Assembly (NCBI GenBank): GCA_002189035.1
Contig: NEEC01000042.1
Span: 124,001 to 188,000, forward strand
Direction: 5' to 3'
Length of the DNA: 64,000 nucleotides
From: Utricularia gibba
Lineage: Eukaryota > Plantae > Magnoliophyta
In this document: in pieces, positions 19,801 to 34,800 of the stretch
Position numbering within the stretch: the first letter of the stretch is position 1
How the letters are laid out: each line of letters begins with the position of its first letter
Made by a program: the position numbers and the translations under genes
Notes under the pieces: model-generated
Seen by the model: only the letters and a program-made list of their open reading frames with translations
Database searches by the model: none
What the model was told of the DNA's origin: nothing

Positions 19801-22800
19801 TTAACGTTCGGTTTTCGGGGTTGCCTACATGGTTTTCAAGGAAAAGCTTTTCGTTTTTGTGGCTAGTCTCGCTGGGAACTTTGTCCTGGACCTCGATTCA
19901 TTATGTCTTATGAGGTCAACCGGATGCAAATCGATGAAAAAAATTGATGCATTTGTTTAAATTACGATATCACGTGCACCCTACATGATTTTTTCAACAA
20001 CTTACTTTATACTTGAGGAGGTGGTCTTGGGGGCAAGAGGAACCAGACAACGGTCATATTAGGCTTGGGCCGAAAGTAAGTTTAGCCCGGCAAAGAAAGT
20101 GATGTATTTATTAACGTTCGGTTTTCAGGGTTGCCTACATGGTTTTCCAAGGAAAAGCTTTTCGTTTTGTGGCGGCCGCTCTCGCAGGGCACTTGGTCCG
20201 GGCCCTGATTCTTTATGGCTCATGAGGACAAAAGGATGCAAATCGATGAAAATAATGATGCATTTGTTTAAATTACGATGTCGCGTGCACCCAAATGATT
20301 TTTTTAACAACATACTTTATACATGAGGAGGCGGTCTTGGGGGGCACTTGGAACCGGAAAAAGATCAGCTTAGGCTTGGCCGAAAGTAAGTTGTAGCCCG
20401 GCAAAGAAAGTGATGTATTTATTATCGTTCGGTTTTTGGGGTTGCCTACATGGTTTTTCAAGGAACATCTTCTCGTTTTGTGGTGGCTAGTCTCGCTGGG
20501 AACATGGTCCTTGACCCCGATTCTGTATGGCTCATGGGGTCAACCGGATGCAAATCGAAGAAAAAAAATGATGCATTTGTTTAAATTACGATATCACGTG
20601 CACCCTACATGATTTTTTCGACAACTTACTTTATACATGGGGAGGCGGTCTTGGGGGTACCTGGAACCGGAAAATGGTCAGCGTAGGCTTGGGCCGATAG
20701 TAAGTTGTAGCCCGACAAATAAAGTAATGTATTTATTATCGTTCGGTTTTCGGAAGCTGCCTAAATGCTTTTTGAAAGAACATCTTCTCGTTTTATGGCG
20801 GCCAGTCTCGCTGGGAACTTGGTCCTTGACCCTGGTTCTGTATGGCTCATGGGGTCAACCGGATGCAAATCGATGAAAAAAATGATGCATTTGTTTAAAT
20901 TGCGATATCACGTGCACCCCACATGATTTTTTCAACAACTTACTTTATACTTGAGGAGGCGATCTTAGGGTGCACCTCGAACAGGACAAAGGTAAGGTTT
21001 GGCTTGCGCCAAGAGTTAGTTGTAGCCCGACAAAGAAAGTGATGTATTTATTATCGTTCGGTTTTTGGGGTTGCCTACATGGTTTTTCAAGGAACATCTT
21101 CTCGTTTTGTGGCAGCCAGTCTCGCTGGGAGCTTTGTCCTGGACCCCGATTCTGTATGGCTCATGGGGTCAAAGGATGCAAATCGATGAATACAATGATG
21201 CATTTGTTTCAATTACGATATCACGTGCACCCCACATGATTTTTTTCGACAACTTACTTTATACATGGGGAGGCGGTCTTGGGGGTACCTGGAACCGGAA
21301 AATGGTCAGCTTAGGCTTGGGCCGATAGTAAGTTGTAGCCCGGCAAAGAAAGTGATGTATTTATTATCGTTCGGTTTACGGGGCTTCCTACATGGTTTTT
21401 CAAGGAACATCTTCTCGTTTTGTGGCAGCCAGTCTCGCTGGGAGCTTTGTCCTGGACCCCGATTCTGTATGGCCCATGGGGTCAAAGGATGCAAATCGAT
21501 GAATACAATGATGCATTTGTTTCAATTACGATATCACGTGCACCCCACATGATTTTTTCGACAACTTACTTTATACATGGGGAGGCGGTCTTGGGGGTAC
21601 CTGGAACCGGAAAATGGTCAGCTTAGGCTTGGGCCGATAGTAAGTTGTAGCCCGGCAAAGAAAGTGATGTATTTATTATCGTTCGGTTTTCGGGGTTGCC
21701 TACATGGTTTTTCAAGGAACATCTTCCCGTTTTGGTGTGGCTAGTCTCGCTGGGAACTTTGTCCTGGACCTCGATTCTTTATGTCTTATGAGGTCAAAAG
21801 GATGCAAATCGATGAATACAATGATGCATTTGTTTCAATTACGATATCACGTGCACCCCACATGATTTTTTCGACAACTTACTTTATACATGGGAGGCGG
21901 TCTTGGGGGGTACCTGGAACCGGAAAATGGTCAGCTTAGGCTTGGGCCGATAGTAAGTTGTAGCCCGGCAAAGAAAGTGATGTTTATTAACGTTCGGTTT
22001 TCGGGTTGCCTACATGGTTTTCCAAGGAAAGCTTTCGTTTTGTGGTGGCTAGTCTCGCTGGGAACTTTGTCCTGGACCTCGATTCATTATGTCTTATGAG
22101 GTCAACCGGATGCAAATCGATGAAAAAATTGATGCATTTGTTTAAATTACGATATCACGTGCACCCTACATGATTTTTTCAACAACTTACTTTATACTTG
22201 AGGAGGTGGTCTTGGGGGCAAGAGGAACCAGACAACGGTCATATTAGGCTTGGGCCGAAAGTAAGTTTAGCCCGGCAAAGAAAGTGATGTATTTATTAAC
22301 GTTCGGTTTTCAGGGTTGCCTACATGGTTTTCCAAGGAAAAGCTTTTTTTGTGGCGGCCGCTCTCGCAGGGCACTTGGTCCGGGCCCCTGATTCTTTATG
22401 GCTCATGAGGACAAAAGGATGCAAATCGATGAAAATAATGATGCATTTGTTTAAATTACGATGTCGCGTGCACCCCAAATGATTTTTTTAACAACATACT
22501 TTATACATGAGGAGGCGTCTTGGGGGCACTTGGAACCGGAAAAAGATCAGCTTAGGCTTGGGCCGAAAGTAAGTTGTAGCCCGCAAAGAAAGTGATGTAT
22601 TTATTATCGTTCGGTTTTTGGGGTTGCCTACATGGTTTTTCAAGGAACATCTTCTCGTTTTGTGGTGGCTAGTCTCGCTGGGAACTGGTCCTTGACCCCG
22701 ATTCTGTATGGCTCATGGGTCAACCGGATGCAAATCGATGAAAAAAATGATGCATTTGTTTAAATTACGATATCACGTGCACCCACATGATTTTTTCGAC

Positions 22801-25800
22801 AACTTACTTTATACATGGGAGGCGGTCTTGGGGGGTACCTGGAACCGGAAAATGGTCAGCTTAGGCTTGGGCCGATAGTAAGTTGTAGCCCGGCAAAGAA
22901 AGTGATGTATTTATTAACGTTCGGTTTTCGGGGTTGCCTACATGGTTTTTCAAGGAACATCTTCGTTTTTGTGGTGGCTAGTCTCGCTGGAACTTTGTCC
23001 TGGACCCGATTCTTTATGTCTTATGAGGTCAAAAGATGCAAATCGATGAATACAATGATGCATTTGTTTCAATTACGATATCACGTGCACCCCACATGAT
23101 TTTTTCGACAACTTACTTTATACATGGGAGGCGGTCTTGGGGGTACCTGGAACCGGAAAATGGTCAGCTTAGGCTTGGGCCGATAGTAAGTTGTAGCCCG
23201 GCAAAGAAAGTGATGTATTTATTAACGTTCGGTTTTCGGGGTTGCCTACATGGTTTTTCAAGGAACATCTTCCGTTTTGTGGTGGAGTCTCGCTGGGAAC
23301 TTTGTCCTGGACCTCGATTCTTATGTCTTATGAGGTCAACCGGATGCAAATCGATGAAAAAATTGATGCATTTGTTTAAATTACGATATCACGTGCACCC
23401 TACATGATTTTTTCAACATTACTTTATACTTGAGGAGGTGGTCTTGGGGGCAAGAGAACCAGACAACGGTCATATTAGGCTTGGGCCGAAAGTAAGTTTA
23501 GCCCGGCAAAGAAAGTGATGTATTTATTAACGTTCGGTTTTCAGGGTTGCCTACATGGTTTTCCAAGGAAAACTTCGTTTTGTGGCGGCCGCTCTCGCAG
23601 GGCACTTGGTCCGGACCCTGATTCTTTATGGCTCATGAGGACAAAGGATGCAAATCGATGAAAATAATGATGCATTTGTTTAAATTACGATGTCGCGTGC
23701 ACCCCAAATGATTTTTTAACAACATACTTTATACATGAGGAGGCGGTCTTGGGGGCACTTGGAACCGGAAAAAGATCAGCTTAGGCTTGGGCCGAAAGTA
23801 AGTTGTAGCCCGGCAAAGAAAGTGATGTATTTATTATCGTTCGGTTTTGGGGTTGCCTACATGGTTTTTCAAGGAACATCTTCTCGTTTTGTGGTGGCTA
23901 GTCTCGCTGGGAACTGGTCCTTGACCCCGATTCTGTATGGCTCATGGGGTCAACCGGATGCAAATCGAAGAAAAAAAATGATGCATTTGTTTAAATTACG
24001 ATATCACGTGCACCCCCATGATTTTTTCGACAACTTACTTTATACATGGGGAGGCGGTCTTGGGGTACCTGGAACCGGAAAATGGTCAGCTTAGGCTTGG
24101 GCCGATAGTAAGTTGTAGCCCGAAAGAAAGTGATGTATTTATTATCGTTCGGTTTTCGGGGTTGCCTACATGGTTTTTCAAGGAACATCTTCCGTTTTGT
24201 GGTGGCCAGTCTCGCTGGGAACTTTGTCCTGGACCCGATTCTGTATGGCTCATGGGTCAAAAGGATGCAAATCGATGAACAATGATGCATTTGTTTAATT
24301 ACGATATCACGTGCACCCCACATGATTTTTTCGACAACTTACTTTATACATGGGGAGGCGGTCTTGGGGGACCTGGAACCGGAAAATGGTCAGCTTAGGC
24401 TTGGGCCGATAGTAAGTTGTAGCCCGGCAAAGAAAGTGATGTATTTATTAACGTTCGGTTTTCGGGTTGCCTACATGGTTTTTCAAGGAACATCTTCTCG
24501 TTTTGTGGTGGCCTCGCTGGGAACTTTGTCCTGGACCGATTCATTATGTTATGGGTCAACCGGATGCAAATCGATGAAAAAAATGATGCATTTGTTTAAA
24601 TTACGATATCACGTGCACCCTACATGATTTTTTCAACAACTTACTTTATACTTGAGGAGGTGGTCTTGGGGGGCAAGAGGAACCAGACAACGGTCATATT
24701 AGGCTTGGGCCGAAAGTAAGTTTAGCCCGGCAAAGAAAGTGATGTATTTATTAACGTTCGGTTTTCAGGGTTGCCCTACATGGTTTTCCAAGGAAAAGCT
24801 TCGTTTTGTGGCGGCCGTCTCGCAGGGGACTTGGTCCGGCCCCTGATTCTTTATGGCTCATGAGGAAAAAGGATGCAAATCGATGAAAATAATGATGCAT
24901 TTGTTTAAATTACGATGTCGTGCACCCCAAATGATTTTTTTAACAACATACTTTATACATGAGGAGGCGGTCTTGGGGGCACTTGGAACCGGAAAAAGAT
25001 CAGCTTAGGCTTGGGCCGAAAGTAAGTTGTAGCCCGGCAAAGAAAGTGATGTATTTATTATCGTTCGGTTTTTGGGGTTGCCTACATGGTTTTTCAAGGA
25101 ACATCTTCTCGTTTTGTGGTGGCTAGTCTCGCTGGGAAATGGTCCTTGACCCGATTCTGTATGGCTCATGGGGTCAACCGGATGCAAATCGAAGAAAAAA
25201 ATGATGCATTTGTTTAAATTACGATATCACGTGCACCCTACATGATTTTTTCGACAACTTACTTTATACATGAGGCGGTCTTGGGGGTACCTGGAACCGG
25301 AAAATGGTCAGCGTAGGCTTGGGCCGATAGTAAGTTGTAGCCCGACAAATAAAGTAATGTATTTATTATCGTTCGGTTTTCGGAAGCTGCCTAAATGGTT
25401 TTTGAAAGAACATCTTCTCGTTTTATGGCGGCCAGTCTCGCTGGGAACTTGTCCTTGACCCTGGTTCTGTATGGCTCATGGGGTCAACCGGATGCAAATC
25501 GATGAAAAAAATGATGCATTTGTTTAAATTGCGATATCACGTGCACCCCACATGATTTTTTAACAACTTACTTTATACTTGAGGAGGCGATCTTAGGGTG
25601 CACCTCGAACAGGACAAAGGTAAGGTTTGGCTTGCGCCGAGTTAGTTGTAGCCCGACAAAGAAAGTGATGTATTTATTATCGTTCGGTTTTTGGGGTTGC
25701 CTACATGGTTTTTCAAGGAACATCTTCTCGTTTTGTGGCAGCCAGTCTCGCTGGGAGCTTTGTCCTGGACCCCGATTCTGTATGGCTCATGGGTCAAAAG

Positions 25801-28800
25801 GATGCAAATCGATGAAAACAATGATGCATTTGTTTAAATTACGATATCACGTGCACCCCACATGATTTTTTCGACAACTTACTTTATACATGGGGAGGCG
25901 GTCTTGGGGGGTACCTGGAACCGGAAAATGGTCAGCTTAGGCTTGGGCCGATAGTAAGTTGTAGCCCGGCAAAGAAAGTGATGTATTTATTATCGTTCGG
26001 TTTTCGGGCTTCCTACATGGTTTTCAAGGAACATCTTCTCGTTTGTGGCGCCAGTCTCGCTGGGACTTTGTCCTGGACCCGATTCTGTATGGCTCATGGG
26101 TCAAAAGGATGCAAATCGATGAAACAATGATGCATTTGTTTCAATTACGATCACGTGCACCCCACATGATTTTTTCGACAACTTACTTTATACATGGGAG
26201 CGGTCTTGGGGGGTACCTGGAACCGGAAAATGGTCAGCTTAGGCTTGGGCCGATAGTAAGTTGTAGCCCGGCAAAGAAAGTGATGTATTTATTAACGTTC
26301 GGTTTTCGGGGTTGCCTACATGGTTTTTCAAGGAACATCTTCCGTTTTGTGGTGGCTAGTTGGGAACTTTGTCCTGGACCCGATTCTTTATGTCTTATGA
26401 GGTCAACCGGATGCAAATCGATGAAAAAAATGATGCATTTGTTTAAATTACGATATCACGTGCACCCTACATGATTTTTTCAACAACTTACTTTATACTG
26501 AGGAGGTGGTCTTGGGGGCAAGAGGAACCAACAACGGTCATATTAGGCTTGGGCCGAAAGTAAGTTGTAGCCCGGCAAAGAAAGTGATGTATTTATTAAC
26601 GTTCGGTTTTCAGGGTTGCCTACATGGTTTTCCAAGGAAAAGCTTTTCGTTTTGTGGCGGCCGCTCTCGCTGGGACTTGGTCCGGGCCCCTGATTCTTTA
26701 TGGCTCATGAGGACAAAAGGATGCAAATCGATGAAAATAATGATGCATTTGTTTAAATTACGATGTCGCGTGCACCCCAAATGATTTTTTTAACAACATA
26801 CTTTATACATGAGGAGGCGGTCTTGGGGCACTTGGAACCGGAAAAAGATCAGCTTAGGCTTGGGCCGAAAGTAAGTTGTAGCCCGGCAAAGAAAGTGATG
26901 TATTTATTATCGTTCGGTTTTTGGGGTTGCCTACATGGTTTTTCAAGGAACATCTTCTCGTTTTGTGGTGGCTAGTCTCGCTGGGAACTGGTCCTTGACC
27001 CGATTCTGTATGGCTCATGGGGTCAACCGGATGCAAATCGAAGAAAAAAATGATGCATTTGTTTAAATTACGATATCACGTGCACCCTACATGATTTTTT
27101 CGACAACTTACTTTATACATGGGGAGGCGGTCTTGGGGGGTACCTGGAACCGGAAAATGGTCAGCGTAGGCTTGGGCCGATAGTAAGTTGTAGCCCGACA
27201 AATAAAGTAATGTATTTATTATCGTTCGGTTTTCGGGCTGCCTAAATGCTTTTTGAAAGAACATCTTCTCGTTTTATGGCGGCCAGTCTCGCTGGGAACT
27301 TGGTCCTTGACCCTGGTTCTGTATGGCTCATGGGGTCAACCGGATGCAAATCGATGAAAAAAATGATGCATTTGTTTAAATTGCGATATCACGTGCACCC
27401 CACATGATTTTTTCAACAACTTACTTTATACTTGAGGAGGCGATCTTGGGCACCTCGAACAGGACAAAGGTAAGGTTTGGCTTGCGCCAAGAGTAGTTGT
27501 AGCCGACAAAGAAAGTGATGTATTTATTATCGTTCGGTTTTGGGGTTGCCTACATGGTTTTTCAAGGAACATCTTCTCGTTTTGTGGGCTAGTCTCGCTG
27601 GGAACTTGGTCCTGACCCCGATTCTGTATGGCTCATGGGGTCAACCGGATGCAAATCGATGAAAAAAAATGATGCATTTGTTTAAATTACGATATCACGT
27701 GCACCCTACATGATTTTTTTCGACAACTTACTTTATACATGGGGAGGCGGTCTTGGGGGTACCTGGAACCGGAAAATGGTCAGCTAGGCTTGGGCCGATA
27801 GTAAGTTGTAGCCCGACAAATAAAGTGATGTATTTATTATCGTTCGGTTTTCGGGCTGCCTAAATGCTTTTTGAAGAACATCTTCTCGTTTTATGGCGGC
27901 CAGTCTCGCTGGGAACTTGGTCCTTGACCCGATTCTGTATGGCTCATGGGGTCAACCGGATGCAAATCGATGAAAAAAATGATGCATTTGTTTAAATTAC
28001 GATATCACGTGCACCCTACATGATTTTTTCGACAACTTACTTTATACATGGGGAGGCGGTCTTGGGGGGTACCTGGAACCGGAAAATGGTCAGCTTAGGC
28101 TTGGGCCGATAGTAAGTTGTAGTAAAGTGATGTATTTATTATCGTTCGGTTTTCGGGCTGCCTAATGCTTTTTGAAAGAACATCTTCTCGTTTTTGGCGG
28201 CCAGTCTCGCTGGGAACTTGGTCCTTGACCCTGATTCTGTATGGCTCATGGGTCAACCGGATGCAAATCGATGAAAAAAATGATGCATTTGTTTAAATTA
28301 CGATATCACGTGCACCCCACATGATTTTTTCAACAACTTACTTTATACATGAGGAGGCGTCTTAGGGTGCACCTTGGTAAGGTTTGGCTTGCGCCAAGAG
28401 TTAGTTGTAGCCCGACAAAGAAAGTGATGTATTTATTATCGTTCGGTTTTGGGGTTGCCTACATGGTTTTTCAAGGAACATCTTCTCGTTTTGTGGCAGC
28501 CAGTCTCGCTGGGAGCTTTGTCCTGGACCCGATTCTGTATGGCTCATGGGGTCAAAAGGATGCAAATCGATGAATACAATGATGCATTTGTTTCAATTAC
28601 GATATCACGTGCACCCCACATGATTTTTTCGACAACTTACTTTATACATGGGGAGGCGTCTTGGGGTACCTGGAACCGGAAAATGGTCAGCTTAGGCTTG
28701 GGCCGATAGTAAGTTGTAGCCCGGCAAAGAAAGTGATGTATTTATTATCGTTCGGTTTACGGGCTTCCTACATGGTTTTTCAAGGAGCATCTTCTCGTTT

Positions 28801-31800
28801 TGTGCCAGTCTCGCTGGGAGCTTTGTCTGGACCCCGATTCTGTATGGCTCATGGGTCAAAAGGATGCAAATCGATGAATACAATGATGCATTTGTTTAAT
28901 TACGATATCACGTGCACCCCACATGATTTTTTCACAACTTACTTTATACATGGGGAGGCGGTCTTGGGGGCAAGAGGAACCAGACAACGGTCATATTAGG
29001 CTTGGGCCGAAAGTAAGTTGTAGCCCGGCAAAAAAGTGATGTATTTATTAACGTTCGGTTTTCAGGGTTTCCTACATGGTTTTCCAAGGAAAAGCTTTTC
29101 GTTTTGTGGCGGCCGCTCTCGCAGGGCACTTGGTCCGGGCCCCTGATTCTTTATGGCTCATGAGGACAAAAGGATGCAAATCGATGAAAATAATGATGCA
29201 TTTGTTTAAATTACGATGTCGCGTGCACCCCAAATGATTTTTTAACAACATACTTTATACATGAGGAGGCGGTCTTGGGGGCACTTGGAACCGGAAAAAG
29301 ATCAGCTTAGGCTTGGGCCGAAAGTAAGTTGTAGCCCGGCAAAGAAAGTGATGTATTTATTATCGTTCGGTTTTTGGGGTTGCCTACATGGTTTTTCAAG
29401 GAACATCTTCTCGTTTTGTGGTGGCTAGTCTCGCTGGGAACATGGTCCTTGACCCCGATTCTGTATGGCTCATGGGGTCAACCGGATGCAAATCGAAGAA
29501 AAAAAATGATGCATTTGTTTAAATTACGATATCACGTGCACCCTACATGATTTTTTCGACAACTTACTTTATACATGGGGAGGCGGTCTTGGGGGGTACC
29601 TGGAACCGGAAAATGGTCAGCGTAGGCTTGGGCCGATAGTAAGTTGTAGCCCGACAAATAAAGTAATGTATTTATTATCGTTCGGTTTTCGGAAGCTGCC
29701 TAAATGCTTTTTGAAAGAACATCTTCTCGTTTTATGGCGGCCAGTCTCGCTGGGAACTTGGTCCTTGACCCTGGTTCTGTATGGCTCATGGGGTCAACCG
29801 GATGCAAATCGATGAAAAAAAATGATGCATTTGTTTTAAATTGCGATATCACGTGCACCCCACATGATTTTTTCAACAACTTACTTTATACTTGAGGAGG
29901 CGATCTTAGGGTGCACCTCGAACAGGACAAAGGTAAGGTTTGGCTTGCGCCGAGAGTTAGTTGTAGCCCGACAAATAAAGTGATGTATTTATTATCGTTC
30001 GGTTTTCGGGGCTGCCTACATGGTTTTTAAGGAACCGCTTCTCGTTTTGTGGTGGCCAGTCTCGCTGGGAACTTGGTCCTTGACCCCGATTCTGTATTGC
30101 TCATGAGGTCAACCGGATGCAAATCATTAAAAAAAAATGATGCATTTGTTTAAATTACGATGTCACGTGCACCCCACATGATTTTTTAAACAACATACTT
30201 TATACATGAGGAGGCAGTCTTGGGTGCATTTGGAACGGGAAAAGGTAAGGTTTTGCGTGCCGAGAGTTAGTTGTAGCCGGCAAATAAAGTGATGTATTTA
30301 TTATCGTTCGGTTTACGGGGGCTTCCTACATGGTTTTTCAAGGAGCATCTTCTCGTTTTGTGGCAGCCAGTCTCGCTGGGAGCTTTGTCCTGGACCCCGA
30401 TTCTGTATGGCTCATGGGGTCAAAAGGATGCAAATCGATGAATACAATGATGCATTTGTTTCAATTACGATATCACGTGCACCCCACATGATTTTTTCGA
30501 CAACTTACTTTATACATGGGAGGCGGTCTTGGGGGTACCTGGAACCGGAAAAATGGTCAGCTTAGGCTTGGGCCGATAGTAAGTTGTAGCCCGGCAAAGA
30601 AAGTGATGTATTTATTATCGTTCGGTTTTCGGGGTTCCTACATGGTTTTTCAAGGAACATCTTCTCGTTTTGTGGCAGCCAGTCTGGAGCTTTGTCTGGA
30701 CCCGATTCTGTATGGCTCATGGGTCAAAGGATGCAAATCGATGAATACAATGATGCATTTGTTTAATTACGATATCACGTGCACCCACATGATTTTTGAC
30801 AACTTACTTTATACATGGGGAGGCGGTCTTGGGGGGCAAGAGGAACCAGACAACGGTCATATTAGGCTTGGGCCGAAAGTAAGTTGTAGCCCGGCAAAGA
30901 AAGTGATGTATTTATTAACGTTCGGTTTTCAGGTTTCCTACATGGTTTTCCAAGGAAAAGCTTTTCGTTTTGTGGCGGCCGCTCTCGCAGGGCACTTGGT
31001 CCGGGCCCCTGATTCTTTATGGCTCATGAGGACAAAAGGATGCAAATCGATGAAAATAATGATGCATTTGTTTAAATTACGATGTCGCGTGCACCCAAAT
31101 GATTTTTTTAACAACATACTTTATACATGAGGAGGCGGTCTTGGGGGCACTTGGAACCGGAAAAAGATCAGCTTAGGCTTGGGCCGAAAGTAAGTTGTAG
31201 CCCGGCAAAGAAAGTGATGTATTTATTATCGTTCGGTTTTGGGGTTGCCTACATGGTTTTTCAAGGAACATCTTCTCGTTTTGTGGTGGCTAGTCTCGCT
31301 GGGAACATGGTCCTTGACCCCGATTCTGTATGGCTCATGGGGTCAACCGGATGCAAATCGAAGAAAAAAAATGATGCATTTGTTTAAATTACGATATCAC
31401 GTGCACCCTACATGATTTTTTCGACAACTTACTTTATACATGGGAGGCGGTCTTGGGGGTACCTGGAACCGGAAAATGGTCAGCGTAGGCTTGGGCCGAT
31501 AGTAAGTTGTAGCCCGACAAATAAAGTAATGTATTTATTATCGTTCGGTTTTCGGAAGCTGCCTAAATGCTTTTTGAAAGAACATCTTCTCGTTTTATGG
31601 CGGCCAGTCTCGCTGGGAACTTGGTCCTTGACCCTGGTTCTGTATGGCTCATGGGGTCAACCGGATGCAAATCGATGAAAAAAAATGATGCATTTGTTTA
31701 AATTGCGATATCACGTGCACCCCACATGATTTTTTCAACAACTTACTTTATACATGAGGAGGCGATCTTAGGGTGCACCTCGAACAGGACAAAGGTAAGG

Positions 31801-34800
31801 TTTGGCTTGCGCCGAGAGTTAGTTGTAGCCCGACAAAGAAAGTGATGTATTTATTATCGTTCGGTTTTTGGGGTTTACATGGTTTTTCAAGGAACTTTCT
31901 CGTTTTGTGGTGCCAGTCTCGCTGGCTTGGTCCTGACCCCGATTCTGTATGCTCATGGGTCAAGGATGCAAATCAATGAAAAAAAATGATGCATTTGTTT
32001 AAATTACGATATCACGTGCACCCCACATGATTTTTTCACAACTTACTTTATACATGGGAGGCGTCTTGGGTACCTGGAACCGGAAAAGGTCAGCTTTTGG
32101 CTGCCCGATAGTAAGTTGTAGCCCGGCAAAAAGTGATGTATTTATTATCGTTCGGTTTACGGGGTTCCTACATGGTTTTTCAAGGAGCATCTTCTCGTTT
32201 TGTGGCAGCCAGTCTCGCTGGAGCTTTGTTCTGGACCCGATTCTGTATGGCTCATGGGGTCAAAAGGATGCAAATCGATGAATACAATGATGCATTTGTT
32301 TCAATTACGATATCACGTGCACCCCACATGATTTTTCGACAACTTACTTTATACATGGGGAGGCGGTCTTGGGGGCAAGAGGAACCAGACAACGGTCATA
32401 TTAGGCTTGGGCCGAAAGTAAGTTGTAGCCCGGCAAAGAAAGTGATGTATTTATTAACGTTCGGTTTTCAGGGTTTCCTACATGGTTTTCCAAGGAAAAG
32501 CTTTCGTTTTGTGGCGGCCGCTCTCGCAGGGCACTTGGTCCGGCCCCTGATTCTTTATGGCTCATGAGGACAAAAGGATGCAAATCGATGAAAATAATGA
32601 TGCATTTGTTTAAATTACGATGTCGCGTGCACCCCAAATGATTTTTTTAACAACATACTTTATACATGAGGAGGCGGTCTTGGGGGGCACTTGGAACCGG
32701 AAAAGGTCAGCTTAGGCTTGGGCCGAAAGTAAGTTGTAGCCCGGCAAAGAAAGTGATGTATTTATTATCGTTCGGTTTTGGGTTGCCTACATGGTTTTTC
32801 AAGGAACATCTTTCGTTTTGTGGTGGCTAGTCTCGCTGGGAACTGGTCCTTGACCCCGATTCTGTATGGCTCATGGGGTAACCGGATGCAAATCGAAGAA
32901 AAAAATGATGCATTTGTTTAAATTACGATATCACGTGCACCCTACATGATTTTTTCGACAACTTACTTTATACATGGGGAGGCGGTCTTGGGGGTACCTG
33001 GAACCGGAAAATGTCAGCGTAGGCTTGGGCCGATAGTAAGTTGTAGCCCGACAAATAAAGTAATGTATTTATTATCGTTCGGTTTTCGGAAGCTGCCTAA
33101 ATGCTTTTTGAAAGAACATCTTCTCGTTTTATGGCGGCCAGTCTCGCTGGGAACTTGGTCCTTGACCCTGATTCTGTATGGCTCATGGGGTCAACCGGAT
33201 GCAAATCGATGAAAAAAATGATGCATTTGTTTAAATTGCGATATCACGTGCACCCACATGATTTTTTCAACATTACTTTATACATGAGGAGGCGATCTTA
33301 GGGTGCACCTCGAACAGGACAAAGGTAAGGTTTGGCTTGCGCCAAGAGTTAGTTGTAGCCCGACAAAGAAAGTGATGTATTTATTATCGTTCGGTTTTTG
33401 GGGTTGCCTACATGGTTTTCAAGGAACATCTTCTCGTTTTGTGGCAGCCAGTCTCGCTGGGAGCTTTGTCCTGGACCCCGATTCTGTATGGCTCATGGGG
33501 TCAAAAGGATGCAAATCGATGAATACAATGATGCATTTGTTTAATTACGATATCACGTGCACCCCACATGATTTTTTCGACAACTTACTTTATACATGGG
33601 AGGCGGTCTTGGGGGTACCTGGAACCGGAAAATGGTCAGCTTAGGCTTGGGCCGATAGTAAGTTGTAGCCCGGCAAAGAAAGTGATGTATTTATTATCGT
33701 TCGGTTTACGGGGGCTTCCTACATGGTTTTTCAAGGAGCATCTTCTCGTTTTGTGCAGCCAGTCTCGCTGGGAGCTTTGTCTGGACCCCGATTCTGTATG
33801 GCTCATGGGTCAACCGGATGCAAATCGATGAAAAAATGATGCATTTGTTTAAATTACGATATCACGTGCACCCTACATGATTTTTCAACAACTTACTTTA
33901 TACTTGAGGAGGTGGTCTTGGGGGCAAGAGGAACCAGACAACGGTCATTGGGCCGAAAGTAAGTTGTAGCCCGGCAAAGAAAGTGTTATTTATTAACGTT
34001 CGGTTTTCAGGGTTGCCTACATGGTTTTCCAAGGAAAAGCTTTTCGTTTTGTGGCGGCCGCTCTCGCAGGGACTTGGTCCGGGCCCCTGATTCTTTATGG
34101 CTCATGAGGACAAAAGGATGCAAATCGATGAAAATAATGATGCATTTGTTTAAATTACGATGTCGCGTGCACCCCAAATGATTTTTTTAACAACATACTT
34201 TATACATGAGGAGGCGGTCTTGGGGGCACTTGGAACCGGAAAAAAGATCAGCTTAGGCTTGGGCCGAAAGTAAGTTGTAGCCCGGCAAAGAAAGTGATGT
34301 ATTTATTATCGTTCGGTTTTGGGGTTGCCTACATGGTTTTCAAGGAACATCTTCTCGTTTTGTGGTGGCTAGTCTCGCTGGGAACATGGTCCTTGACCCC
34401 GATTCTGTATGGCTCATGGGTCAACCGGATGCAAATCGAAGAAAAAAAATGATGCATTTGTTTAAATTACGATATCACGTGCACCCTACATGATTTTTTC
34501 GACAACTTACTTTATACATGGGGAGGCGGTCTTGGGGGTACCTGGAACCGGAAAATGGTCAGCGTAGGCTTGGGCCGATAGTAAGTTGTAGCCCGACAAA
34601 TAAAGTAATGTATTTATTATCGTTCGGTTTTCGGGCTGCCTAAATGCTTTTTGAAGAACATCTTCTCGTTTTATGGCGGCCAGTCTCGCTGGGAACTTGG
34701 TCCTTGACCCTGTTCTGTATGGCTCATGGGGTCAACCGGATGCAAATCGATGAAAAAAAATGATGCATTTGTTTAAATTGCGATATCACGTGCACCCCAC

